Made by a program: the position numbers and the translations under genes. The notes beneath the pieces were generated by a model. The model was given only the letters and a program-made list of their open reading frames with translations, did not search any database and was not told the DNA's origin. A DNA stretch of 35,177 nt from Microcoleaceae cyanobacterium (GTDB lineage Bacteria; Cyanobacteriota; Cyanobacteriia; Cyanobacteriales; Microcoleaceae), in contig JBOFUV010000055.1 in assembly GCA_051652765.1 (NCBI GenBank), forward strand, positions 1-35,177, in the 5' to 3' direction. This document shows, in pieces, positions 1-8,564 of the stretch; positions within the stretch are counted from its first letter, which is position 1; every line of letters begins with the position of its first letter.

Positions 1-150
1 TCCAAGCCTTCCCCCTTAGAGAGCATTATTAACCCAGAAATTCGCATCGATCTAACCGGTCGAGGACGACCCAGAAGACGGCGGCCTGCAGGCACTCGCT
101 TTGCAGAGATATTTAACACAAGTTTGAACACTGACAACGACACACTTTGA
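1..150 (+). CDS. possible 3' end of a gene entering from the left edge (SKPSPLESIINPEIRIDLTGRGRPRRRRP...DNDTL*)
   Basis: Frame 1 is open from base 1 to TGA at 148-150 and converges on the permease. Family not recognised. Confidence 0.4.
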   Translation, partial: SKPSPLESIINPEIRIDLTGRGRPRRRRPAGTRFAEIFNTSLNTDNDTL

Positions 151-274
151 TTTCAATCTGATTGCAATCTGATTTTAGCCAGAGGTGAAGTCTTGATTCA
201 AGCTCACAATTCTTAATCCGTTCAGGGGCAACACCTCTTCATCCCAATGCACAAACCTTATGTTGCTGTTCAGG

Positions 275-2110
275 CTAAAGAAAATATCGCACAGTTGTGA
301 TAATCCGACTGCCCTTCACTCGCAGAGCATCGCGCAGGAACAGTGCGGTTTGATTGTGGAGTAAATTTTCCCACCAATAGCGGGTTACGACTACAGGAAT
401 AATCACTGTTAAAAACATAGCGCCTTGTTGCATTTCAAAAACTCGAACAAACTCAGCCAAGGGAGCAACCATCGAACGGTAGGGAGAGTCTAGAATAATT
501 AACTCAATATCTGATGCTGCAGTTTGCCATTGTTCTTGTAAAACGTGGCGATCAGTTGTTCCAATATCAACATGAACCGCAACCACCTGATCAGCAATTA
601 AACAAGCATAATCTAAGGCATCAATCGTTCCTTGATGAAGCTGTCCAACCAAGACAATGGCTGGATGATAAGCAAAAGATGAAAGCGATTCTCGTGGCTT
701 TCTCTGCAGCACTTTTCCATTCACTCTCATCTTTTTAGCCACTGTCTCGTAATGGCGACGGATGCCCAGAAACAATCTGACTAACAAAGGAATGGTGACA
801 ACAATTAACCAGGCTCCTTGCCGAAATTTGCTGGTGACAATAACAAGCAACACAACGGCAGTGATGATTGCCCCTAATCCATTCATCACTGCACTCGGTC
901 GCCAGCCTTGACTTCGTTCAACAAACCAATGGCGAACCATTCCTGCTTGAGAGAGGGTAAAGGAAGTAAACACACCAACTGCATAGAGGGGAATCAACGC
1001 ATCGACTCGTCCTCCAAACACAATCACCAGAGCGGCAGCACTTAGACTGAGCAGGCGAATCCCATTGGAATAAACCAGGCGATCGCCCAAGCTTGCCAGT
1101 TGACGAGGCAAATACCCATCCTTGGCAACCAGATGAGCCAAGCGAGGAAAATCAGCAAAACTCGTATTGGCAGCCAGTAAGAGGATCAACAAGGTCACCG
1201 TTTGGAGTAGATAATAAAGCGCTCCATCCCCAAAAATCTGTCGGCCCAAAAGCGATAAAACCGTTTGTTCTTCTGTGGGGACAATGTGGTAAATCTGGGT
1301 CAGGTAGGTAATTCCTAAAAACATGTAGCCCAAAATTGCCGCCATCGCCAGTAAAGTATTGCGAGCGTTTTTCCATTCTGGCGACTTGAAGACCAAAATC
1401 CCATTCGAAATTGCTTCCACTCCAGTCATTGCGGTACAGCCCGCTGCAAAAGCCCTTAAAATCAAGAATGCATTTAAGGTTCCTACGGCTGGAATTGAGC
1501 TAGAAACAGGAACAACTGGCTCCACCAAATGCTTGAACAAACCGACTGCGATCAGTAAAAAAATAGTAGCAATAAAACCATAGGTTGGCAGCAAAAAAAT
1601 CCGTCCTGCCTCTCTCAAACCCCTTAAATTAGCGACCGTTAACAGCAGGATTGCCAACAGACAGAGTTCCACTGTCCAAGGTGATAATCCTGGAACCGCA
1701 GAAGTCAGGGCAGCAATTCCGGCTGAGACGCTAACGGTTACGGTCAGAACATAGTCTACCAACAACGATGCCGCAGCCACTAACCCTGGATAACGCCCTA
1801 GATTCTCATAGGCGACGGTATAGGCTCCTCCCCCACTGGGATAGGCCCGAATCGTTTGACGATAGGAGAGGGTGACAACTCCCAAAAGCAAAACAATTGC
1901 CCCTGAAATTGGCAGAGATAAGCCTAGAACTCCACTTCCTGCCAAAACCAATACCAGTAAAATTTCCTCCGTCGCATAGGCCACCGAGGAAAGAGCATCA
2001 GATGCTAGAATCGCTAGCCCAGCAACATTACTCAACCGTTCGTGACTGTAGGCGCTAGTGGGTAGAGGCTTCCCCAGAAAAAAACGTGAAAACTGATCAA
2101 CTCTCAACAT
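275..2110 (-). CDS. APC-superfamily permease, KimA/YdaO-like (putative K+/H+ symporter)
   Basis: N-terminal GKPL..HERL..LAILASDALSSVAYATEE, GGGAY, LLVDYVLTVTVS and CTAMTGVEAISNG motifs; many TM segments; soluble C-terminal domain (SPYRS, WWENLLHNQTA). Confidence 0.88.
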   Translation of the reverse strand: MLRVDQFSRFFLGKPLPTSAYSHERLSNVAGLAILASDALSSVAYATEEILLVLVLAGSGVLGLSLPISGAIVLLLGVVTLSYRQTIRAYPSGGGAYTVAYENLGRYPGLVAAASLLVDYVLTVTVSVSAGIAALTSAVPGLSPWTVELCLLAILLLTVANLRGLREAGRIFLLPTYGFIATIFLLIAVGLFKHLVEPVVPVSSSIPAVGTLNAFLILRAFAAGCTAMTGVEAISNGILVFKSPEWKNARNTLLAMAAILGYMFLGITYLTQIYHIVPTEEQTVLSLLGRQIFGDGALYYLLQTVTLLILLLAANTSFADFPRLAHLVAKDGYLPRQLASLGDRLVYSNGIRLLSLSAAALVIVFGGRVDALIPLYAVGVFTSFTLSQAGMVRHWFVERSQGWRPSAVMNGLGAIITAVVLLVIVTSKFRQGAWLIVVTIPLLVRLFLGIRRHYETVAKKMRVNGKVLQRKPRESLSSFAYHPAIVLVGQLHQGTIDALDYACLIADQVVAVHVDIGTTDRHVLQEQWQTAASDIELIILDSPYRSMVAPLAEFVRVFEMQQGAMFLTVIIPVVVTRYWWENLLHNQTALFLRDALRVKGSRIITTVRYFL

Positions 2111-2180
2111 TACAAATCAACCCTTACAAACCAAACCCTATAAACCAAACCCTACAAACCAACCCTTATAAACCAAATCT
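2111..2180. repeat. five tandem imperfect 14-bp units (TAYAAACCAAMCCY)
   Basis: tacaaatcaaccct/tacaaaccaaaccc/tataaaccaaaccc/tacaaaccaaccct/tataaaccaaatct; fills the exoD-permease spacer. Confidence 0.9.
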
Positions 2181-2792
2181 GGATTGAATTGAACGGAGTA
2201 AATCAGGAGCAAAGAGATAAATATAAACGGGTAGACCCACAAACAAAGCTGTATTTAATACCATTAGCACATAGCCAACACAGATTAGTAATCCATCTCC
2301 CTCCATCATGGCGACTGCCATCAAGAAAATCGCGATCGCTGGGGGAAAATTGGAGTAGGGAATCGGAATTGGCAACATCAACATAAGAGCCAACCAAGCC
2401 AAACACAACCCATTGATTCGCCACATATAACCGCCTTTTGTCAGGCTAGAGAGACGAGGGCGAGTGATTTTTTCAAAGGAACGGGTGACTCGTCTCAAGC
2501 CACCTAAAAGCTGAGCTGCAAACTTGGAGGAGAACTGGAAATCAGCCACTTTCTTGGGTAACCAGGGTTCACGCCTTCCCAGAGCCATCTGTAGCGATAG
2601 TACAAGACATCCAGATCCCAAAATTGTCGAAAAGCCAGGGGGCATTGGAAACAGAAATGGCAGGGCAAAGAAACCAATCAATAAACAGAACCCGCGTTCA
2701 GAGGTTTCTGTCAGAATATCTCTGAGGGTTAAGGGATGGTGGGCCAACTGTTCTAGCAGTGTTTCTAGGTCTTTAGAGAACTTCAGGTGCAT
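2166..2792 (-). CDS. exoD: ExoD-family exopolysaccharide biosynthesis membrane protein
   Basis: ERGF.LL...ALPFLFPMPPGFS.ILG, QMALGR..PWLP, LPIP..N..PA and EGDGL motifs. Confidence 0.88.
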   Translation of the reverse strand: MHLKFSKDLETLLEQLAHHPLTLRDILTETSERGFCLLIGFFALPFLFPMPPGFSTILGSGCLVLSLQMALGRREPWLPKKVADFQFSSKFAAQLLGGLRRVTRSFEKITRPRLSSLTKGGYMWRINGLCLAWLALMLMLPIPIPYSNFPPAIAIFLMAVAMMEGDGLLICVGYVLMVLNTALFVGLPVYIYLFAPDLLRSIQSRFGL

Positions 2793-2799
2793 AAGGGGC

Positions 2800-3025
2800 T
2801 CAAAAGCAAAAGGTGAAATACAGTGCCGCTGTCACGAGTTGAACAACCATAACAGGAATTCCGTATCGCAAAAAAGTGTTAGAGGGAACGCCTTGATCAT
2901 GTTGCTCAGAAATTTGGCAGCAACAATGTTTGATGATGCACCCGCCAATATTCTATTTCCACCAAGGGTGGCTCCATCCATCATGGCATAAAATAGAAGC
3001 GAAACCTCAAGGGGACACTGGCTAC
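2800..3025 (-). pseudogene. frameshifted 3' remnant of an ArsB/NhaD (SLC13-like) permease
   Basis: LLFYAMMDGATLGGNRILAGASSNIVAA, then after a 1-nt frameshift near 2915 ISEQHDQGVPSNTFLRYGIPVMVVQLVTAALYFTFCF* (TGA at 2802-2800). The 5' part is absent. Confidence 0.8.
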
Positions 3026-3033
3026 TCACGCCT

Positions 3034-3861
3034 CTATTCTGAAGACAGGGATAGATGTCCACAAATTTCTAGTGCAATCATCACTTCATGAATAAACGGT
3101 TTTGCCGTCCCTCGATGTTGCAAATTCCAAGCAGCAGTTAAACCCGGAGTATAACGATCATTTCTCCCTAAGCCAAAGTCATCATAGAGCACAAGCCAAA
3201 GGTGAGCAGAGTAGACACCTGATTCATTTAAACTGAATGATTTTAGCAATAAGTCTGCCCCTTGAATTCCACCCAATGCAGCAAAAAGAGTCATAGAATC
3301 CAAGGGCTTAAAGGTAACTTGTGGAATGGTCAGATTAAGTTGATCGAGTTGAAGACTATTGACTGTAACTTGAGCTTGAAGTTGTCGATAAAACTGAAGT
3401 TCGAGTGCAGAGAACATCAGTTTAAAGGGCTTTGATTTTGTCACTACCTGAGCCAACTCAGTATTACTACCCTGTTGATAGGTTCCACCTTTTCCCTGAA
3501 AAAAGTGCTCAAACAAAGGATGGACAATTTGCCGATTGACCAATGGATTTAGTCCTTCAGTTTTAACTAAAAACTCATAGATTTGACGTTCAAAGGATGT
3601 TAACTGTTTGCCCTGAATTGCTTCGGAGTTGAAATCATCTCCTGTACCATAACCAGGACGGGAGCGTTTGCCAACTTTAATGGCACAATAAACCATCGGT
3701 TCAACTGTAAATTCTGGGTCATGAATTGTCTTGAAATGAGTTCCATCAGGACGACGAATTTGTTGCCATTTCTGCTCATCCCCAAAAGATTTTTGAGCCA
3801 GGTTACTCAGGGTATCTTCTGGCTGAATAGAATAAGCAGTGCTGATTTCAAGTGGTTTCAT
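3034..3861 (-). CDS. LysM domain plus DUF3289-like C-terminal domain protein (likely start ATG 3861; ORF open to 3978)
   Basis: YSIQPEDTLSNLAQKSFGDEQKWQQI is LysM-like. The C-terminal LYDDFGL...AWNLQH..AKPFI resembles DUF3289, recalled rather than searched. Confidence 0.65.
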   Translation of the reverse strand: MKPLEISTAYSIQPEDTLSNLAQKSFGDEQKWQQIRRPDGTHFKTIHDPEFTVEPMVYCAIKVGKRSRPGYGTGDDFNSEAIQGKQLTSFERQIYEFLVKTEGLNPLVNRQIVHPLFEHFFQGKGGTYQQGSNTELAQVVTKSKPFKLMFSALELQFYRQLQAQVTVNSLQLDQLNLTIPQVTFKPLDSMTLFAALGGIQGADLLLKSFSLNESGVYSAHLWLVLYDDFGLGRNDRYTPGLTAAWNLQHRGTAKPFIHEVMIALEICGHLSLSSE

Positions 3862-4042
3862 ATCTTCATCAACTGCAAAATGATTAATTTTTAGGCGAAT
3901 TTTGACTCTCCCACGCCAGGATTTTGGCAAACGACACCTGCAACATCCGGCTCCATACAGATACACTAAGCATAACAATTGAAAATTCTGGCGGAAACTT
4001 GTATGAAAATTATAATCATCTAGCTCAAGGAATCCCCGTAAA

Positions 4043-4411
4043 ATGGCATACTTCTACTCTGTGCGAGGATGGTTGGAGGTTGAACCAGAAAAATTCGAGC
4101 GATTAACGACAGCGGTGGAGTGGATTCAAACTCATCAACCACAAGATTCTGAAAAGGAACTTTATGCCCAAGGATGGTGCTGGCAAAATACATTAATTAA
4201 CTGGCAATGTTACCTCTTTTATGGGGCAGATATGAAAGCTGAGGGATTAATTTTTTTTAGAGAAATGATAGATTGGCTAATCGCAGAGGGGCTCAATCTG
4301 TCTGGATATTTTCATGCTCAGGGAGAAGATGGTTCAAGGAATCAATCTTACAAGATTATTAACGATAGTCTCGAGATTATAAAGCATGAAGATATCATTA
4401 TTTCAACTTAG
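4043..4411 (+). CDS. hypothetical protein, Trp/Tyr-rich, possibly immunity-protein-like
   Basis: 122-aa ATG ORF in otherwise empty space, with YSVRGWLE, YAQGW, NWQCYLFYGAD and GYFHAQGEDG. Confidence 0.65.
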   Translation: MAYFYSVRGWLEVEPEKFERLTTAVEWIQTHQPQDSEKELYAQGWCWQNTLINWQCYLFYGADMKAEGLIFFREMIDWLIAEGLNLSGYFHAQGEDGSRNQSYKIINDSLEIIKHEDIIIST

Positions 4412-4426
4412 AAATATTCTTTTCGC

Positions 4427-5983
4427 TTACTGTTCAAACTGGGGAATTTTCAATAAGATTCCAGCAACCAACCAGTAGTAAACGGCGATTGGATCGGTGT
4501 CTAGGGGATACCAATAGGAATTATAACTAATGAGGAAAATGAAGAACCACAGTACTACTGCATAACTTCTAAGGTTACGGCTACTCAGTTTTCGATAGGA
4601 GCGATACCCTTGGATCACCAGAACAGTCACCACTCCTAAAAAAGCTAACATCCCAAAAGGCCCGATTTCATACAACAGTTTTGGGTAGTAAGTCTCAATT
4701 AATTGAGTTTCTCCTAGAACACGGGCTGCGTTCGTTGCCCGCCCCAAACCATGTCCAAGGAACCCGTCTTGAACTTCAGTAATCCATTCAACTTGCTCAG
4801 TCACAAATTCTGTTGGAGGAGATGCTGTCCAACGGGCAACAAGATTATCGATTCGTTCTAAAATAATGCGAGGAAAAATTGCTAAAAGACTGCCAACAAA
4901 ACTGAAAATTCCTAACCCGATGATTAAGATTCGTCTGGGATAAGAAACTTGACTGACTGCAATCAATAAAACAATAATAATGGTTGGAACAGCCAATAAA
5001 GCAATCCGTTGTCCACAAATAATGGCATTAATAAGCACTAAAGAAAGTGAAAAAATCCCTCCCATACGCCACCGCGAAGTAGGGTCACTAATCGCAGTAG
5101 CCAAGCTGAAAAAAGTGCTAGAAATCAAAAACCAAGACCAATGCCAGGGGGAGACAAATGTGCCCGGAAGGCGAATAAAGTTTTTTAGAGGAAAATACCC
5201 CAACGATCCACCAACAAAGCATTTTCTTTGTAAATTTGCTCGAAGTAACAGATTATCTGGCAACCCAGTATTATCAGGGCAAATCCCCTTAATAACCAAC
5301 CAATACTGAATTAGACCCAAAAGACAACAGATAATTGCCAGGGTAATCTGTAGCCGCCCGAACCAGAAGAGTTGTTTTCGGGTTTGAATTAAATAATATC
5401 CACAAATAATTAAGGGAATATATCCAACCAGAACTTTGAGTCCAAAAATTCCCATCAGAAACGGTTGCTCATCGGCTTCAGCTTGAAGTTGTTGAGTGCC
5501 ATTGACAAATAATAGGGTCAGCAGGGCAATTGTTAGCAGAATACCTAGAGGAATTCTGAGTTGATACGGAATAATAACGGGTAGCTGTTTGCTTGTTAAA
5601 GTTTTGATTAGAGCAATTAAGGACGGAAAGTAAAAAATATCCTTGGCGAGATGAAATGTAAAATGATCATTTCCAATCCAGTATGCAACCGTTCCGGCAA
5701 ACGGGAGATAAATTAAAAATATCCACAACGCGGAAAAAGGATATCGGTAGGATAGCGCCACACTAAAAATAACAATTATTCCAAGCAGGATGTTTAACAG
5801 TGGTAAACCGTTACCAAAAAGGAAAAATGCTACCGCCAGTGCGACGATACTAATAATTCCAAGAAACTTGAGTGGTTTTTTTGCAACCGAGGATGACTCT
5901 AAATCCGGCTCTTCGTTGCTCATGGTTGATTTGAAATCATCCTGGGATTGAGACGTTTGGGGATGTCCCTCAAGATCTGGCAT
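4427..5983 (-). CDS. hpsL: hormogonium polysaccharide biosynthesis protein HpsL-like (Wzy/O-antigen ligase-like membrane protein)
   Basis: ALWIFLIYLPFAGTV, LAKDIFYFP, GLKVLVGYIPL, IRLPGTFVSPWHW, GHGLGRATNAAR, ETYYPKLLYEIG and YYPLD-like YWYPLDTDPIAVYYW. Confidence 0.82.
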   Translation of the reverse strand: MPDLEGHPQTSQSQDDFKSTMSNEEPDLESSSVAKKPLKFLGIISIVALAVAFFLFGNGLPLLNILLGIIVIFSVALSYRYPFSALWIFLIYLPFAGTVAYWIGNDHFTFHLAKDIFYFPSLIALIKTLTSKQLPVIIPYQLRIPLGILLTIALLTLLFVNGTQQLQAEADEQPFLMGIFGLKVLVGYIPLIICGYYLIQTRKQLFWFGRLQITLAIICCLLGLIQYWLVIKGICPDNTGLPDNLLLRANLQRKCFVGGSLGYFPLKNFIRLPGTFVSPWHWSWFLISSTFFSLATAISDPTSRWRMGGIFSLSLVLINAIICGQRIALLAVPTIIIVLLIAVSQVSYPRRILIIGLGIFSFVGSLLAIFPRIILERIDNLVARWTASPPTEFVTEQVEWITEVQDGFLGHGLGRATNAARVLGETQLIETYYPKLLYEIGPFGMLAFLGVVTVLVIQGYRSYRKLSSRNLRSYAVVLWFFIFLISYNSYWYPLDTDPIAVYYWLVAGILLKIPQFEQ

Positions 5984-6009
5984 TAGTACTTTAAAGAATT
6001 GAATAAATG

Positions 6010-6255
6010 CTAGAGATCATGTTCTGAAGATTTTCCCTGGGTTCCGGATATCTGAAATGATTGCTGACTGAACCAGATTGCAAGAATTCTTGTCTGTTGA
6101 TATTCTGAAAGTCGGTGATAGACATGAAGAATTTCTTCATGGGTAGAATCCACAATTAAAGCTGTCAATTCATGAATCGTTGATGCTTTAAGTAGAGCAG
6201 ACTTCAAGGGTTCAAGAGAGGGTTGCGGGTGTACAAGTTCAAGTTGATGAGACAT
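6010..6255 (-). CDS. small hypothetical protein
   Basis: 81-aa ATG ORF co-oriented between the MAPEG gene and hpsL. Confidence 0.6.
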   Translation of the reverse strand: MSHQLELVHPQPSLEPLKSALLKASTIHELTALIVDSTHEEILHVYHRLSEYQQTRILAIWFSQQSFQISGTQGKSSEHDL

Positions 6256-6327
6256 TGAGATGTTTGAGACTTGATTCTAGAAAGGGTCAGAACAAATTAA
6301 CTCCAGCTCCGTTATTGAAATCTTAAT

Positions 6328-6729
6328 CTAGGAAAATTCCAGTTCAAAGAATGGCAATAGAATTCCAATCAGAGATCCAAGAATCAATACCAAACTTGAC
6401 AGAGCTGAAATGGCAAATCCTGGCATCCGTTTCTCAGTTGATTGGTAGTAACCCCAGGCATATAAAATCCGCCCAACAATCCATACAACTCCTAAAATAG
6501 CACCCCAAACTGGACTCACAAATTCAGCAAAAATCCACAATGCAGGAAGAAATAAAATGAATTGCTCAGTTGTATTTTGTTGAACTCGCAACACTCGTTC
6601 AAAGTTTGGCTCGCCTGTCATTTGAGGAGGCATGACTTTGTACTTCATGCGAGCTTGACCCACATTAAAAAGAATCACAAAGTACATGAGCAACGCTGCA
6701 ACGGTGACTAAACTGGGCCAAGGTGACAT
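6328..6729 (-). CDS. MAPEG family membrane protein (microsomal glutathione S-transferase-like)
   Basis: VGQARMKYKV.PP...G.PNFERVLRVQQNTTE, GRILYAWGY and KRMPGF. Confidence 0.92.
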   Translation of the reverse strand: MSPWPSLVTVAALLMYFVILFNVGQARMKYKVMPPQMTGEPNFERVLRVQQNTTEQFILFLPALWIFAEFVSPVWGAILGVVWIVGRILYAWGYYQSTEKRMPGFAISALSSLVLILGSLIGILLPFFELEFS

Positions 6730-6854
6730 AGAAACTCCTCTCTTAGAGCAGATACTTTTCTTATGCTAGCTTGTTTCGTGTTTTAGTCTCCCACAGGCTA
6801 TCACCTGGGTCATTTTTTCTGCTCTACAGTAGCTCCTCTAACATTGCTGCTTGA

Positions 6855-8303
6855 CTAATTCTGCTGCTTGACCAAATCTCCCAAGGTTTTCATCGCCTGC
6901 TGAATTTCACTTGACCAAGGCAGACCACAATTCAGGCGAAAACAATTGCGATACCCTCCCGTGGTCGAGAACATGGAGCCTGGAGCCAGACTGATCCGAT
7001 GTTGATAGGCTGCTTCATAAAGTTTTACGGAATCAAAGTGTTCAGGCAACTCTAGCCACAATACATGACCTCCTTTGGGCCGGGTTACCTTGGTCTCAGC
7101 CGGGAAGTATTCATAAATGGCCTGGGTCATCCGCATGACCTGTTCCTGATACGCTCGTCGCAGATGTCGGAGATGACGGTCGTACCCGCCATTGGCCAGG
7201 AATGCTGCAATCACTAATTGGTTGGGTGTGGCAGTTCCTAGATTGATAAACAGTTTGAGTTGCTCAATGCGGGTTTGATACTGGCCCGCGATCGCCCAGC
7301 CCACCCGCAATCCCGGCGAGAGCGTTTTACTAAAAGACGAACAGTATAAAACTAATCCATTCCGATCAAAGGCTTTGACAGCTTTGGGGCGACTCCCCTG
7401 AAAGCAAAGCTCTCCGTAAATGTCATCCTCAATCAAGGGGGTGTGATGTCTCTCCAGGATTTCAACGAGCTGTTTTTTTCTAGCATCCTCCATGCAACTG
7501 CCCAAGGGATTGCTAAAATTTGTGACTAAAACACAAGCAGCAATTTTGCCCTGTTCCAGAGCATTTTCTAGATGGGTAAGAGACAGTCCTTCCCGAGGAT
7601 AGGTCGGCAGTTCCAGGGCTCTCAAATGCAGAGAAGCTAAGATCTCAAGAATGCCATAGTAAGCAGGTGACTCCAGGGCAACGGTATCTCCAGGTTTAGT
7701 AATGGATTGAAGGGAGAGATAAATCGCTTCATACGTCCCATTCGTAATCAAAATCTCATTGGGAGTAATCGCACACCCCGCATCCATCATTCGTCGGGCA
7801 ATTTCGTGACGCAAGGATTCACAACCAGGGATGGGCGCATAGGAATGGCAGAGTCGAGGATTTTGGCGCAACACTTGTCCCATCAGCCGATTCAGAGCTT
7901 TTAAAGGAAAGAGATCAACTCCCGGAACCGCTGCCCCCAACTTGATAATCTTGGGATCACGCAGCGCCGCATTGATTCGAATGGACAACGCTGTATCGAC
8001 ATCTTGAACTTGTTGGGGCGGAGTTGAAGGAGTGGGTTCCTCTCGATGCAGCAAAGGGAGCGGTTTGACGTAATACCCCGATTGGGGACGGGCCCCAATT
8101 AATCCTCGATCTTCCAAGACCCGATAAGCTTCCAAGACCGTTGAAATGCTGACATTCATCTGTTGGTGCATTTTTCGCACGGAAGGAATGCGATCGCCCG
8201 GTTGTAGAGTTCCTTCCTCAATCAAGCCTTGGACTCGCTGAGCAACTTGTTCGTAGAGATTAACTTTGTCAGGAGACTCTAAGAATTTGACATTCACGTT
8301 CAT
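6855..8303 (-). CDS. MocR/GabR-type GntR regulator (wHTH plus PLP aminotransferase-like domain)
   Basis: LYEQVA..PGDRIPSVRKM..VSISTV..AY HTH; IEDDIY and SSFSKTLSPGLRVGW PLP-lysine motif. Confidence 0.95.
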   Translation of the reverse strand: MNVNVKFLESPDKVNLYEQVAQRVQGLIEEGTLQPGDRIPSVRKMHQQMNVSISTVLEAYRVLEDRGLIGARPQSGYYVKPLPLLHREEPTPSTPPQQVQDVDTALSIRINAALRDPKIIKLGAAVPGVDLFPLKALNRLMGQVLRQNPRLCHSYAPIPGCESLRHEIARRMMDAGCAITPNEILITNGTYEAIYLSLQSITKPGDTVALESPAYYGILEILASLHLRALELPTYPREGLSLTHLENALEQGKIAACVLVTNFSNPLGSCMEDARKKQLVEILERHHTPLIEDDIYGELCFQGSRPKAVKAFDRNGLVLYCSSFSKTLSPGLRVGWAIAGQYQTRIEQLKLFINLGTATPNQLVIAAFLANGGYDRHLRHLRRAYQEQVMRMTQAIYEYFPAETKVTRPKGGHVLWLELPEHFDSVKLYEAAYQHRISLAPGSMFSTTGGYRNCFRLNCGLPWSSEIQQAMKTLGDLVKQQN

Positions 8304-8363
8304 ACACTATTAAGGATTGAGGCTAGCGGCATCCATCAGAAAACATAACTTTAATAGGATTAA

Positions 8364-8406
8364 TAACAGTTTAGCTAAGCCAAATTGTAATGGTAACAGT
8401 TTAGCT
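8364..8406. promoter_or_regulatory. two TAACAGTTTAGCT direct repeats 30 bp apart; candidate MocR operator
   Basis: Exact 13-mers at 8364-8376 and 8394-8406, 60-100 bp upstream of the MocR start. Confidence 0.6.
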
Positions 8407-8564
8407 TGGTTGCATCTGTTTAGCAAGAGTTGAGTCAACGCTGATATCGTGGGATGACCGCTCAGTATTCTTTTTTGCACTTCATACAAGCTGACTATTT
8501 GCTACTACATTGTTGCGGTTTAACTGTCATCCCAGACCCAAGGACTGGCAGTTGGCGCGATCGC

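Noticed and set aside
2111..2180. CRISPR array
   Set aside because: Contiguous 14-mers with no spacers, and no cas genes.
2111..3030. c-di-AMP riboswitch upstream of the KimA-like gene
   Set aside because: The space is occupied by the tandem repeat, exoD and the pseudogene; no recognisable ydaO motif.
2832..3062. 76-aa ORF as an intact gene
   Set aside because: It is one frame of the frameshifted permease remnant.
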